A stretch of DNA of 64,000 nt from Octopus vulgaris (lineage: Eukaryota). Below the pieces are notes generated by a model. It searched no databases and was not told where the DNA came from. It saw only the letters and a program-made list of their open reading frames with translations. The translations under genes were made by a program, and so were the position numbers. This document shows positions 39,290 through 53,730 of the stretch, piece by piece (position 1 is the first letter of the stretch; the number at the start of each line of letters is the position of its first letter). The DNA is taken from the NCBI GenBank assembly GCA_951406725.2, contig OX597814.1:70246001-70310000 (forward strand), in the 5' to 3' direction.

Positions 39290-41500
39290 TCCCAGATTTT
39301 GTGTTTCTCAAAGTTGAAATCAACAGTATCATATACAGTATAAAAACCTATGTTGATAAGCTATCTCCTTGAAAGATTCCACATTTGATTTTGACAAAAC
39401 CTAAGCTCTGATACCCAATTTGAGTTCAGTGACCCATTCATTCACACTTTGACTCAGTAGATTCACAATATCATGTGCAATTCTGAATTCCTGAAGCAGT
39501 CTTTAATGTATAAATGAGGAATCAAATGGTATGCTTTGCAGTTGTCTATTCATACCATCCTTAAGTTGGTGTTGCACTTTATGCAGTCTTTCAACACTGT
39601 CTTATATATCAATAGTTGATCTGATTCCTCTGCGTCCATGTTTTTTCCCTTTTTGCTTTTCCAGTAAGATGTTATCTTGTCCATGAACTTGAACATTTCA
39701 TCTGCCAGTATTCCAGTTATCAGTTTCCACATGATGGACAGACAGGTTATTGGCCTGAAGTTGTCAACAGTATTTCCTTTTGATACTTCTTTCTGGCACA
39801 ATTTTGTTCCTCCTTTGGTGAACCAGCCTGAGATTTTTCTATCAAAGATCAACTGGACTCCCTATTCAAGTTGTACAAAATGTTCACATGATATCCAGGT
39901 GGTATTTTGTTTAATTATTATTACTGAGTGTGAAGAGCAACACATGCCATCAGAATGATACTGGGGTACAAATATATGAAGCCCAATATGCCCATCATGA
40001 CTATCTGTCTGAAAAGGGTACACCAAGCACATGTCATATGCATGCAACACAGTAACCTCATATCAAGATAAACAGTGTGACCCTGCAAGTGGGGCTTAGT
40101 TAGAATTTTCCTCTAGTTGAGTAGTCGACCCCACTACTAATCATCATCATTATTCGACATTTGAATTTCTACTGCATCACCTGCTACACTTTCAGTTTGC
40201 TGAGGTGTGTGCAGTAATGTGTGTTCTTGTTTTTGTCGATGTTGGGGGAGTACAGACTCTTCCCAGTACTGTATTGTATCAGTTTGTTCTGTTATGAGAT
40301 TTGATTGTTGTCTTTTCTTGTATTGGTGTTTGTATTGTTTGTTGTGTGTGTAATGTGCTTTGTGTTCTTCTGTTGTGTATCTAACCTGTAGAGTATATGT
40401 TGTGGGAGTTGTTTATTTTATTGAATATTTACTTTATAGAGTGTGTTTTATATTTGTGTATTATTTTATTGTGTTGGCTGATCCTAGCAGCACATTTTTT
40501 GGAGAGTATGTAGTGTTTTGAGTCCAGGTATAGCTTCTATGTTTTTGTTCATACATTTTTTTCATCATATCCTATACTCAAATTATTACTGGTATTGTTT
40601 TTACCTTCATAACCCTCATCTTGTATATTTCAATTTCAAGATCTCTATACATTTCTCAACTTCTGTTTGGGGCAATATTTTGGTTGGAAGAGACTGCAAT
40701 ATCTATCAGAAAGCAGATGTTTCTTTGTCAGTTTCAAATGGTATATCTCAGTCTTTAATGTACAAATGAGGAACCCAATGGTTATTGTCATGTACTTTGT
40801 TTGTCACATGTTTGTTGGCATGTTGTCCAGTGGATATAACTACTATATATTCACATTTGGTTAGGACTGGACAACTGTGGTCAACTGTCACATTGTGTTG
40901 GTAGTAAATCTGCATTTGGTGTTCGGGCCTGTTTTCATTATTTTGCTTTTATAGTTGTTTGTTGTCTGACATTGGTCTTGTGCAGTAAGAATCAGTCCTT
41001 CCATTTCTGCTTTTAGTCCAGAGCTTTTGGACCATTGCTGGCTTTCACATCTGTCAAGCCTTGCAAAATATTGGCCATGGAGAGATTTTTATTTCCATTT
41101 CTTCTTTAGTATGTTTTGTAGTTCTGTTTTTCTGGGGTTTTTTTGTCTCTTTGATAATTTCTGTCATGTTGTCATATTTCTGTTTTTATTTTATTACCTT
41201 GCTGTGTATAGAGAAACATGTTTTCTGTTTTTCGTGTTGCTTTATTATATATAGTAGTTGTCCACATTTTGTTACTCAGTATTTTCTAGTTCAACTGTTG
41301 TTATTTTATAGCAGTTCTCTATTTGTGTCAGACTGCAACCGCCTCCTGAGTGGAGTAGATATATCATGTCTATGTCTGCTTTGGTATGATATGACTTCAG
41401 TATGTTGTTAATAGTTTCCTGGTTCTTTTACCTCAGTTTCTTAATTCACTGAGCTTCCAGTTTATTATGTTGAATCTGCAATTTATGACTGGTATGGCTA
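39290..41500. mobile_element. Scattered R4/Dong-like LINE relics (both orientations)
   Basis: Minus-strand DNFRPITCLSIMWKL...DQLLI.KTVLKDC at 39550-39852. LKAEMEGLIL.AQDQ and PD-like motifs at 40480-41400. Confidence 0.55.
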
Positions 41501-41509
41501 CCATGTTTA

Positions 41510-41517
41510 TTATTAGT

Positions 41518-41571
<54 letters not shown>
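41510..41571. repeat. (AGC)n(AGT)n compound microsatellite
   Basis: Seen directly. Confidence 0.95.
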
Positions 41572-41572
<1 letters not shown>

Positions 41573-41749
41573 AGGCAGTATCATTAGCATGTCAAGCAAA
41601 ATGCTTAGCAGTATTTCATCTATCTTTAAATTCTGAGTTCAAAATTCCACCAAGGCTTTCATCCTTAAATACCAGTTGAGTACTGAAGTTGATGTAATTG
41701 ACTTCCCCATTCTCTCAAAATTCCTGGCATTGTACCAAAATTAGCAATA

Positions 41750-43389
41750 AATTGAAAGAGCACTTTTCCTTTCAAGAACCATCGCACATCTGTATGAAGC
41801 AGTAAACACTTAAAATCAGAATTCATAGTTTCACATAGGGATGCAAAACTTCTGCACCATAGAGAATGTGACTTTAACAACATTGTCCGTCATCTTCAAG
41901 AGACTATCAGGAAGAAACTTTGTCGCCAAAACTTCACAGTGAATCATGCAATGTACAATTTTAACTTGTGAATTTTTTTGCCCTACATGTGCCACTAAAG
42001 CCTTTTTTTCGACCCTGCATGGATGGAGTGCCATCAGTACAAATGCTAATACAAGTCTGCCACTGCATCCCTCTCAATATGACATTTTGGTTTACCAGGT
42101 TAAAGATATCTCCTGTCATTCTTTCTTTCAATTCACAGCAAAAGAAAAACTGATGATTTTACCATCTCTGATGATTCGCAGAAATGAAATTAGTTGAGCT
42201 TTGTTGCTGATGTCTGTACTTTCATTGATTTGTAGGGCCCACAAGTTTTCGAGTTCATTTTTTGCTTCAGTGAAATGTTTGTGGAGCTGATCATCAATGT
42301 CTTGCGAAATGTCTTGAATTTTACAAGAAATCATGTGGGTAGACAAAGGAATGGTCTTAATTTGTTTGACAGCTTCATTTCCAAGGCTGGTAAAATAATG
42401 TTTTCAGCATCAGAATGTGGTTGTTTTCCTTCTTTACCAAAAGCTGGACAATTTTGTAACTAGCAATTTGAGCTTTCTCAGGAATTGAGTGAAATTTCTT
42501 CAGCCTTTTTGATTGAATTTTAAAATTATTTTTTAGCATCGCAATGTATTCTTTTGGTTTGTCCTTATGTTGTGGATGATTTGATTGTTGTTAAATAAAT
42601 CATACAAAAAGGAACCAAGTTGTCCTTTACCGATAATATAAAACCATGTTGGATGTAATTTTCATTATATTTTCATTTTAATGCAGTGGACTTTTTATTT
42701 TGGTGTTCGTCTTGTTTGCTATGACTCTCTTTCTCATTTTTCTGAGGTCTCAAAAAGATTAATCCATATTTAAATCTAAAACTAAAAATCGATTAAAATT
42801 AACATAGGCATTGGAGTGGCAGTGTAGTAAGTAGCTTGTATACCAACCACATAGTTCCAGGTCCAGTCCCACTGCGTGGCACTTTGGTCAAGTGTCTTCT
42901 GTTATAGCCTCAGGCTGATCAAAAGCCTTTTGAATGGATTTGGTAGAACGGAAACTGAAAGAAGCCCGTCGTATATATTTATATATGTTTGTGTGTCTGT
43001 GTTAGTCTCCGTAACTTAGTGGTTCGGCAAAAGAGACCGATAGAATAAGTACACGACTAAAAGGTGGTGCTCCAGCATGACCGCAGTCAAATGACTAAAA
43101 CAAATAAAAGAATATAATAATTTATGTAAATTATAAATAAATCAAAAATTAAAAACTACTAGGACTACTAAACAATTTACTTACTGACAATCCTGGTTTA
43201 AATGCAGAAATGTATTATATTATAGCAAAACTGCTGTTTGTAATGTAATGTAATTAATTTATATTTACCATATTTTATGATTTATATAATTAATTTATAT
43301 TTCCACTTGGACTTTGCGAATGTTCTTGGATTGTTGTTTCCTGAAAATCTCGAAAATATTTTTCGCAGCACACAGTTTGACAGACACTG
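41750..43389 (-). mobile_element. hAT (Buster/Charlie-like) transposon, 3'-truncated
   Basis: TIR-like CAGTGTCTGTCAAACTGTG at 43389. WALQINESTDISNKAQL, HCMIHCEVLA and LLLHTDVRW..KGKVL. Confidence 0.8.
42806..43112 (+). mobile_element. tRNA-derived SINE with internal deletions, nested in the hAT element
   Basis: Same head and tail as 1244-1630. Confidence 0.8.
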
Positions 43390-43439
43390 CCTTAAAGTGT
43401 AATTATCTTTGAGTATGTCTCCAATGAGGGGGATGTCAT

Positions 43440-43961
43440 GCTGCCCCATGTCTTTGAACAGGTCTTTAGGCTCAAGTCAGATGGCTATGCGAAACTAACT
43501 GCTCTATGGTAGAGAGGATTGCTCCCTGAGTAGAGAGGATTGCAACTGGAAGACCATATTTGTGGCAGCCGGATTCAGTTTCATTCCAGAAAGAGTGGTT
43601 GTCAGAGAATTCACCATCTCCAGTTTCTGGCCTCCCAATTCTCCCATAACTCTTCCCATGAATTACTATATGTAAGACAGTTGAAAAAGACACCAACCAT
43701 TTTACCTGAAACACAAATGCTAAACTGGTGACCAAGATCAAGCAGGTGTGCAAAGACCTTCCCAGTGACACATTCAGGAATGCATGTGCCAAGTTCATGA
43801 GCTATCTTGAGGCCATGGTGGAAGCTGTGGGTAGTTATTGTCCAGATAAAATCTAGTTTATATTTTTTTGATTTTTGAAAAAATACTTTTATTTTTGGAT
43901 GGAATATTGTGTTTTGTTTTCCTTTTATGCAGAATGTCAAGTTTAACCCAAACACTCTGTA
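43440..43961 (+). mobile_element. Tc1/mariner-superfamily 3' fragment
   Basis: FWPPNSP...PMNYY motif. TIR-like end aagtttaacccaaacactctg|ta. Confidence 0.6.
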
Positions 43962-44759
43962 TTATTCATGTGTGCTGACAAAATCATTAACTCACCAGAC
44001 AAAATGCTTAGCAGCATTTCATCATCTTTCATTTGCATTGTGACTGATATTTTTAAGGGCTTATGTTCCAGTGTATATACATATATGTGTGTGATTTAAA
44101 CGTAATTATAATTATGTTTTAATCCCTTTAAGAAATTATAATCTCAACAGTAGAATAATCTGTTCATAGTTGTGTTGTTAATGTCTTTATAGCACTTATT
44201 ATACCCAGTTCAACTAGCTGTAGGATGTTACTTAGAATAGCCTGACATCTTACTGAAAGAAGCTTCCACTTCAACTTATTTCAGTAATACTGCAAAGTCT
44301 GATGTTAGATACTGATTTTATGTAAGGGTTTCATAATTAACTATAGCTTTGAATCTTAACAACTAAAATACATATGTAAATACAGGTATATCAAATACCA
44401 TGATTTATTAAAATTATCTCTACTTCTAGATGGTATGTCATAAATACCAAATGGCAATTTAGATTAGTTTCATACTAAGCCTTGTAAAAGTCCTGTTACA
44501 TTCATTATGACACTTTCAACAAAGGATGCAGTGATGGTTTTGATGCAGTTAGACATGTTTTTATTGTTTTAACATATAAATATAGTAATGCCTCTATATA
44601 CAAGTTAATTTGTTCCTGGAGAGTCAAGAGTTGTTTGTTTTGAAAAAGCTTTTTATCACCATAAATTTCTCAGTAACACACAGAAGCATTTGTTATGGTA
44701 GTAGAAACGTTTGCACTTCTTTCAAAATTTGAACCTTGTGCTTGAAATTTCAGCTCACC

Positions 44760-45900
44760 ATACAAAAGTGAGCTGAAAAATAAAGCTCATAAACTTGGGG
44801 TCTCAAAGTGGGTCCTTGTAAAGAGAGATATTACTGTATGTGTTTAAATATTAACATTAATCAGGAGATCTGAAGGCCATGCACATGTTGCAAACAAAGT
44901 CCTTACTCATGCTGGCCCACATGTGATCGACATTGCTGTAGTGAACCTTGCAAGCCTTGCCCTCGACATGCATCCAGACACTGTAGTTGAAGCGGCTGAG
45001 GTCAGGTGACTGCAGCAGTCAAAAGTCCTTTGACCAGAAGTTCATGTTCAACCCCAACCACTCTTGCATGGCCTTGGCCATGTGGGCTGGGGCACCATCC
45101 AGTTGAAAAACACAGTCCACCTTCTTCGTGATCTTTCTCACCCAGGACAGGACTTTCGTGGCCAAAATGTCCCTGTAGTTAGCTACAGTGAGCCTGTAAC
45201 CAGCCACAAACCACACTGACAGCATCTTCTTGACATTTGAAGCTACAACCATGAGCATCATCATGGAGGCTGGATGCTTGGTCGTTGTCATGTAGTAGAC
45301 CTCAGAGATGTCCTGGTCAAAGCTGACCATACGGTCATTCTACTTATTGATGGCCAGATCGACTGTGAAGGTTTTTTTTTATCAGAAAAAATGACAATTC
45401 AATTGCCATGACACTTCAAGTTGTTGAAAAGACAACAACAGTACTCCCGACATTATTCTCACATATGGTTGGTGAGCAGAGGCCTTTCTACACACCTCAA
45501 GCGCTTGCAGCCCTCATCTTTGACAATCCTGGACACTGTGGCCACCAAGATGTTGTTCTTCATGGGTACGATCATTTTGAACTTCGGATCATTTTCGAAG
45601 GCCTTTCTCACAGCCAAACAGTTGACCACTTGAGGTCTGTCGCATTGTGGTCAATCTTTGAGGTCTTTCCTATTCTTGGGCCTCTCCGCAACTCTGTGGA
45701 CAGTCAACCAGCCACTTGGTGAAGTTGGACTTTTGCCCATGCACAGATGAGCAGAGATCTTGATTCTTTTCGCTTCCATCTTGATATACCTGCACACAAT
45801 GGAAAAGATATTTTAATGACACGTGCTGGAAAAGTGGAACTTTAAGTATGTTTGACAGCACTTTTTCTATCACACACATTAATTTCTTGAAAGATCAAAA
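44760..45900 (-). mobile_element. Tc1/maT-like DDD transposase relic
   Basis: FSDKK.FTVD, TKHPASMM, FQLDGAPAH and SPDLSRFNYSVW. Confidence 0.8.
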
Positions 45901-46249
45901 CCAAGTATAGCAGGGCTTCTACAAAGCCTGGAGAAATGGAAATAATTTCAAGAATCAAGAATTCACCAAAGTTGACATGTCATTAAGGAAAAGGACAGGC
46001 TTATTGTCTGAAGATAAGAGGGCTCTTATAAGATGCTGCTCTGGGACATATTGTCATTGGAGTATTGCTAACTGTACTGAAACCAAATCATGTACTTAAT
46101 GTGAATCTGAAACAATGAGACATTAAAAGGATTTTTTTTTTAAATTCTGTTCTTAATTCTATCGTCTTCTTTTATCTTTAATAAAACATAGTTTCAGCAA
46201 TAGAATGAACATTTATGTGATTATATGTGTTGTTTTATCTTTTCATCAG

Positions 46250-46398
46250 AATTTCTAATCCCTTTTCAAAGAAACACAAACCTGACAATCCAAAACACAA
46301 GTTGGTTGAAAGTGACATTGTAAAAGACATTAAAGATGACCCAAAAGTATATGATAAGAAAAACAGTGAATCATCTACAGGATTTCATGAAATTACAG
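46250..46398 (+). CDS. CARMIL: CARMIL-like exon B
   Basis: Acceptor tttcatcag|A: AG from exon A plus A gives Arg, then ISNPFSKKHKPDNP...FHEIT. Donor acag|gtttgt, phase 1. Confidence 0.75.
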
Positions 46399-47548
46399 GT
46401 TTGTTGTAGAATATTATTATATCTTGCTCTGTTTGTTCTTGTTAATGTTGTTTATCTTTTAAGCATCTCTTAACCACACAATTCAAATAAATACTTTTTG
46501 AAGTTTCTCAATGTGCTATGATGCCATCTGCCTTGAGTTCACATTGCATATACTGACATATTTATGAGTATTAAGATTTATCCTGAATGTTTGTAGATAA
46601 GCTAAAAGCTAACAGAATTTTAAATTACTGGCAGTTTCTCTTGATAACAGCTTTCAGTTGGTATAATGCAACATTTTGGGATGATAACAGAAAAAAAATC
46701 ATTAATAATTGCGATGCAGGACCAGCATCACTATAAAAACATTCTCCAAAGGAAAATGGAGCAAGCATATAAGTATAAGATGTACCTACAAAGCGTTTAT
46801 TGCTGTGTGAGCAGTCCTAGCCAAGGAACACACTATATATATTTTTCTACTACAAATAACAGACAATTTTTTATCAAGTATTATTTTAGAAAAAGGTAAA
46901 ATAATTAAATACTTCCATCCTAGATGTACTACATCAGAAAAAAAAATGGACTGCTAGGATTACTTTAATCATAGCTCAATCAGGGTTAACTTGAGTAGCA
47001 GGAGAACCCCATTTGGAAATCATGTATGATAAAATTTAAGCACTTCAAAAATATGAGCACAAATCTGAGAAAGTTATAAAGTAAAAATGTGACAATGCCG
47101 TAGCTAAAATGTCTGATCTTACTGATAGGGAGACATTGGCCATATGATCAAGAAACATATGACTGAGAGAGTCTAATGACACACACACATACAAACAGGA
47201 TACATATAATACACACATACAAACAGGATACATATAATAACAAAAATCTTAGCAGTGCATTACATTCATGTGGTGAACTAAACTTTCAACTAATCATGCC
47301 ATTATCTTATGTGCTAAGATACAGTTTGAAAATAATTGAAACAAATGCAGAGAGAAAGGGAGAGAGGAGATGAAAGAATGTGATAATTAAAGACAGCACT
47401 GTCACAAACTTTTCTATGTATTCATATACTCTTCTTACATGCCCCCCCCCCCAGTTCTGTATCACTTTCATCTTCCCAATTTTCTATTTTTTACTTTTTC
47501 TCTTGCATGTTTATCTCTAACCTTACTCAGTCTCTCACTACTTAGAAC

Positions 47549-47551
<3 letters not shown>

Positions 47552-47592
<41 letters not shown>
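47552..47592. repeat. (CT)n microsatellite
   Basis: Seen directly. Confidence 0.95.
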
Positions 47593-47598
<6 letters not shown>

Positions 47599-48108
47599 AT
47601 CTATTTGTCATTCATTTTCTCTCCCATTTTGATTCCAAGCTAGCTTTATCTCTTTCTCTTTTCATTCCTAGTCCCTAGTGTTTCAGTATAAACATCACCA
47701 CCACCATTTATTACTATCATCTCTTTATTTTCTCCTTTTTCTTTGATATTCTGTTACTCTTTTTTTCTTTTCTACCATGTTTTCTTTCTCTATCACTTCA
47801 CTGATTCCACTATCTCCACCTTCCTCTTTTTCTTCTTGTCACTCACACCCTAACTATTTTCTCTAACTTTTACTCTTCTTTGTAGTATACTTCTCTCTCT
47901 CTCTATCTGTCAACAACACTGCCACCACTACCATAGCTACTAACTGTTACTTACTTTAAATGAGTTTCCATATGCTAATTACACAAAAGGTAATTAGCAT
48001 ATAGATTGCAAAACTTACTATTTTTTGAAACTTTAATTTAATAAAGTAAAAATCCATCTATCGATAATCTGATTAAAATTTTTTACTGACTTTTCTTTTG
48101 TTTTACAG

Positions 48109-48239
48109 AGACAACAGAAACACCTCATGAAACTTGTGAAAAACTCAAACGGAGTCCTGTTGTGCGAAAAATAAATGTAAATATGTTGGCTGAAATGAAG
48201 AAAAAGCAAGATATGCACTCATCTCAAAAAGATTTGACT
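48109..48239 (+). CDS. CARMIL: CARMIL-like exon C (not in the ORF track)
   Basis: Branch-like actgac (48085-48090), acceptor ttttacag|, donor act|gtaagt. G+AG gives Glu, then TTETPHETCEKLKRSPVVRKINVNMLAEMKKKQDMHSSQKDLT. LAEMKxKQ resembles the vertebrate CARMIL1 LLAEMKAKQ motif (from memory). Bridges phase 1 to phase 0. Confidence 0.8.
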
Positions 48240-48329
48240 GTAAGTTGTTATGAAGTTTTTGTTGATAAGAAGCTCAGTCAATTATGGTAAAAAAGATAAG
48301 TTAGCTATAGATGCCTCCCCAGGATAGGA

Positions 48330-48730
48330 TCAATGATTTTCAGTCAGAATAAGAATTACAGTATTAGGAACACCCTTCAAAAATCTCATCATTGTAGATC
48401 CTCCGGAAAACGAACTGATGTACAAAGCCAGCATCACAGAACAACAAAAACTTATGTTGGAATTATGCAAAACACCTCAAGAGAGATATACGTAGCATTT
48501 GGTTTCATTCAGAGATAAGAATAAAGGACACACATCTTTATCTAATATGATATGGGCTCTTAAAGACTGGAGCTGTATCAATGGACAGGGCAGCAAATGC
48601 AATCTCTATATCACAGAAAAATTAAATAAAACATCAGCAGTGAATATTTTAAGTATTAGAGAAGAAAATGTCTTTCCTTGCATGCACAAGCAATCATTCA
48701 TTCTTCAAAATTTCAACTATGACCCTTTAC
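48330..48730 (+). mobile_element. Penelope-like GIY-YIG relic
   Basis: MYKASI..KTYVGI...HLVSFRDKNKGHTSLSNMIWALKD...KCNL..TEKL...CMHK. Confidence 0.65.
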
Positions 48731-48949
48731 ACACTATGCCACTTATCTAACCTGGGTCACTTTTTTATATCAGTTGTATGCACATTATGCATTACAAACA
48801 TATATCCCCATGAACTCATCTACATTTTCTAACTTACACAGATACATGTGCATAGCACATATTCATGACATCACATAGTTCACATATATGAATATGAACT
48901 TATAAAATACATGTATAAAAATGCAACCATGGTCAAACATCCTCAACAA

Positions 48950-49950
48950 AGTCTGTCTACAATACATGATTTTACATTGCTCCTGGCAACTGCTCCTTAC
49001 TAAGATTTGTATTATCTGATAGTTGATCAATGAATGTTTGAGCAGGTCTCCTTCTGCTACTCCTATGAATTTGATTCCGACTACAGTAACTTGTGTATAA
49101 CTTCTTGCTTACTTCTCCAGCTATGTCCTGCAAATCATAATGATCTTTGAGCAATTGCAGTTGGCAAGTTTCCATATAAACTTTCATTTGTAATATGTTC
49201 TAGTTTGTTTTGTACAACCCTAAGCATTTTAGTGTATGCACCATCTAGTTTCTTCTCAAGTGCTTATGGCAGGATCTGTTCACACAACAGCACTGACTCA
49301 ACAAGTGTTTTGAGAATGATATCTTGATTTTTCTGGGTAGATCTGACTTCCATATCTTTTCCATTTTGTTCACTGCAACAATCAATATTCTTTTTTGATG
49401 TACTTATTCACCTGCCCAAATATAGAAAATCATCAACTCAGTTTAGTATTCCACCATCCAGTAGGACAAGATTTCTATCTTCTTGGTTTAGTAGCATGTA
49501 TGCTGTCTTGGTAACATTTATGCATTGACCATTTTTCCTGACAGAGCACTTGACTTTATGAAGAAGTTCTTGAACTTGATCAGTGGTGTTTCATAAAAGA
49601 GCTATGTCATCAGCAGCATCTGTATCACATATAACAGTTGGTGGGTTTTGCTTGCTTCTCCTTTGTGTCACTGTAAAATCGAGATCTTGTTCATTAACAG
49701 TGGCTTCCCTTGTGGCATAGTCCAGAGTGATTATGAAAAGATAGGATGCCAGTGTATCACATTGAAAGACACTTGCCAGGATTTTAAAAGACTTTGTATC
49801 ACCATCAGGAGATGGTATGCAGGTATTTTATGAATACCTCACAGAGTGACAGCTGTGCTCTACATAATTATGGGTCATCTTTTGGCAAGGCATAGTACCT
49901 GTTCATCATCCCTGCCAGGGAAACGATGAAAGGGAGTCAACTTTCATAAA
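48950..49950 (-). mobile_element. Old RTE-like LINE relic
   Basis: Minus-strand DTLASYLFIITLDY, DTDAADDIALL and LDGAYTKMLR. Confidence 0.6.
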
Positions 49951-50949
49951 TCCATTTATTTCCTGTAGTTCAATCTGGTAGACAATGACAAACTGTTGTA
50001 TTAGCAGGAGGACATTGTGGCTACGCAGATGATCATCTGTTTTGACAACAGACAGGTGCATTAACTCTGGTTAGCAGAGAACGACAGGTTTACATGAGTT
50101 GCACTCCCTGTTCAAATTAGCAGCTGGAAAACAAACCATGTCAAAACAACCACACAATTCATCATACTGAATCACTCATCACATGTGTCAATAAGGAGCA
50201 TGTCCACTGGTGGAAAACCAAGTCAGGTGCCCTAAAATTGGTTACTGGGTCCCTACTGAAATGCAACAAATTTATAAATATAACTTCTTTCAACAATAGG
50301 ACCCTAAATAACACTAGAATAAATGAAGTTACAGTACTCTGTGAACAATACATGTAGATAAAATTATAACATTTTTTATGAACTTACAAATCCATGAACC
50401 AAGTCTGGTATCAAAAACTGTGAAATGTTTTAAATGGTAATATGCACATGCTCAAGCATGAGTGTTCTCACATGAAATATATAAGGAATTAATTAGTCTA
50501 AAGCGAATACAATTTCTTGTAAATATCCAGAGCTAATGCAAGGGAAATAACAATTTAAATTCTTATGGGTTATTGTCCAAAAATAAAGATGAAGTGAAAG
50601 AAAAACAAACAGTGTGTTAGGTTGATGCTCAGGAAAAATGGAAGAAGTTTTTAACATTTTGGGTCTACACTCTTCTACAGAAAAGAAAGATTAGGAGAGA
50701 AAATGGAGAGAAGAAAAATGTGCCTGAGTTAAAACAGTCAAACCATGCTGAAATAGTTGGCTTGAATTATGGGTTGCATGGGAGACAACAGTGATCTAGC
50801 AAATGTGTGTGTATATATGAAGCTAATATGTGTATGGGTGCATGCATGTGTGTGTGTATGAAGATGTGTGCATGTATATGTATGAGCATGGAAGCAGGTG
50901 TGTGTATGAGATAATGTGTGTTTATGCCAAGTAGTCTAGATCCAAGATA

Positions 50950-52665
50950 CACTGATCCTCCATCTCCACCACATTGACAGGAAGCATGAACTCTTGTCCT
51001 GCAACTTCAATCAGGATATTAACCAGCCCTCTCAGCTCAGTACAGTGTCTGATAACACCACACAACTGCTGTAATGACACTGGCAGGTCTCGATGCTATA
51101 ACATGCGTCCCAAGGCTGAATCAGTCACAAGGGAACACTTCTGGCTGTTAATCCTTCCATCCATTTGTACACACTCAATCACAGGCATTTTATGTCATCT
51201 CAGAGATAGAATATTTAGCTGGCTGTTGCCTCTTAACACCAGCCCCTCCTAGTTTTCCGACTTTCCTCTTTTGTTCTGCTTTTGTTCTCTCTTCAGGTTG
51301 TAACAATCTTGCCGCTTGTGTCCTGGTTTTCCACAGTGCCAACAACTTACACCAATTATCACTTCTTTCTTCTCACAAGACCCACAACTATCCTTAAGCC
51401 TTCCTGCTTCACAGATTTTCCCCCTTTTTGCATGGAATCCAGAACTGTAGCCCACCTAGAAATTCTGGTGCTAGACCTGACTTACAACTCAAATTCCAGA
51501 GCTCTAGCCAGTGCCTCTTGCATAGTACTTGGCTGTGCCTGCTTCACTTGCACTTTGAGATTCGCACTGTCCAGAGTGTTGATGAACTGCTCTTTCAGGA
51601 GAAGGCTGTAAGATAGGCTTTATGCACTGTGCTCTCCAGGTCCTGGGCAAGCTGTTGCAAGGACTCCCCTCTATCTCTTACATGGGTATGAAAGCTTGAC
51701 TTGTGCATTTCATGCTGGTACATAGTACCATATTTTCTCTGTAGTACTTCTACTAAGGCTGGATAACAACCCCTGTCCTCTACTGACAATTGGCTCAGCA
51801 CCTCTAGTGCAGGACCTTTCAAACTAGTGGCAAGCTGAAATGCTCTTTGCCTCTCATCCCACTCATTCTAGTCAGCCAGCAACTCAAACTGGACTTGGTA
51901 GGCCTCCTAAGACACTTTGCCATTGAATTCCTGTGGTTTCTTCCTAATGGGGATTCCAATGTCACCTTGCACTTCACGGGATCTGGGTTTAAACACCAGA
52001 GCATCATGATATGGTACAGTACCAACAACTACTTCTTGCTCAGCAGCCTTAGACTCAGTAGCACAAAGCTTTTCCACAGACTCCATCCTCTTGCCAAACT
52101 TGTCTATTTGTTGCTTGCACCATATAACCTCACCACTTACTTTGCATAACTCCTCCTTAAACTGTTGGTGATCCTCTTGCGACTGCTGTTGATCCTTCTC
52201 CATTCTTCCCATAAATGTTTCTAGCTGAACTTGAAGATGTGTGTGCCACGTTTTCTGCTCCTTTTGAGCTCATGTAAATTGTCATTTTCCTCCTTTAGCA
52301 TTTTCACAATTGTAGCCAGAGATAACTCTTCCATCTTTGTCTGGTTCCTTGTATGTATTCCTTCCAGGTCCATAGTGAATAATCAGCTCACTGCAGCAAT
52401 GAATATACCACTTCTCACATCAACTTTCATCATGTCACTAGTCGCACATCATCTTCCAGCACGAAGTCGCCACATGGGCAATAGTAGTCTTTATACTTCA
52501 CTCACACCATAAAAGTGTGACAAAATCATACTGCCTATGCTTTAAACAGTCACGTGACCAGAAAGAATTACTTTTTTCCTTTGCTTGCAAAACCAGAGAG
52601 CGGTGTTCTAATTCATGTCGTACAAATGAGAAATTATCTGAATATAATTTTTTTCATTTGTAACA
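50950..52665 (-). mobile_element. Ty3/Gypsy LTR retrotransposon relic (5' LTR, PBS, gag, protease start)
   Basis: Gag knuckle CWHCGKPGHKRQDC, plus KPQEFNGK and RDRGESLQQLAQDL. PBS-like TGATGTGAGAAGTGGTAT (52405-52422) matches a tRNA-Leu PBS at 15/18. LTR-like start TGTTACA at 52665. Confidence 0.8.
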
Positions 52666-53156
52666 ATATATATATATACATGCACACATACATTCTGACT
52701 TAAATTTATGCAAAAGATTTTGGCACTATTGTGTTCTTGTAATGAAATAATTATTTTATATACTTAGATACATTTCAAACAAATGCAGGGGGAAATGGAC
52801 ACTGAGGGACTTAGAGAATGAGATAACTACAGATGCAGTGACATGAAAACATTGCTGTTTTGATATTCTTTCTTCTTCCCCATTATCTTCACTTTCACTT
52901 TCTTTTGCCTGTATCTCCCCCTATCTCTCTTTGTTGCTTCCTCCCCATCTCTCCCTCTGTTCCTTTTCATATTCAAGTTATTTTGCTTAATATACGCAGA
53001 AGGTAGTTATGTTTACACACACACACAGTATTTTTAATGTTTTGTACAACTGCTCTCATGATAAAGCCCATTATTATGGAAAATTTTGTGGATTTAATTA
53101 TTTTGTTCTCCATATATGCAACACCTTTTTATGTGATTTTTGTTCTTTCATTCCAG

Positions 53157-53730
53157 TTGTCTACTTCCAAAAGCACTGACCATGATAATTCTCAGAAAGC
53201 TGTTCTTGAGGATCCTTATGTAAATGCTTGCTTACGCGGTGACTTATCATGTGAAAATTTAAATTCAACATCTTTTGCAACACCACAGCAAAAAATTGTT
53301 ATGGACACACAGATTACTTGTGAAAATGCTAGTTGTAAAGAAAATAAATCCCCTTTGCAGTCTCCAAATAGCAGAGCCTTACCAGGACTCCCCAACATAA
53401 AATCTCTACCAAAATCTACAGAGACCAACACAATTAATGAAGCCTCAAAGAAATCTCTGGAGAAGGATGCTGTTGGATTACAAGAAACTCTTGCTTCAGT
53501 TGAAATTTCATTGAACGAGGAAGTTACACCTATTTATACAAAGAATACAGTTGTTACTGAAATCAGAAATAAAAATAGTTGCATAAAAGATTGCCTAAAT
53601 GAGAAAACTTTGGGCCAAAATGTTTATAAAGCTGAGAACAAAGCTGGAAATTTGCATCAAGATTCACTAGGATCCAAAACAGCTACTTCAGAAGAACCAA
53701 ATATGAAACCAAAGCCAGCTCCTCGAACAA
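53157..53730 (+). CDS. CARMIL: CARMIL-like exon D (disordered tail)
   Basis: Acceptor tttcattccag|TTG in phase 0. Open for 191 codons, ending MKPKPAPRT. Donor caa|gtcagt, phase 1. Confidence 0.75.

Noticed and set aside
41467-41679. Poly-serine ORF
   Set aside because: Translation of the (AGC)n(AGT)n microsatellite followed by a SINE relic.
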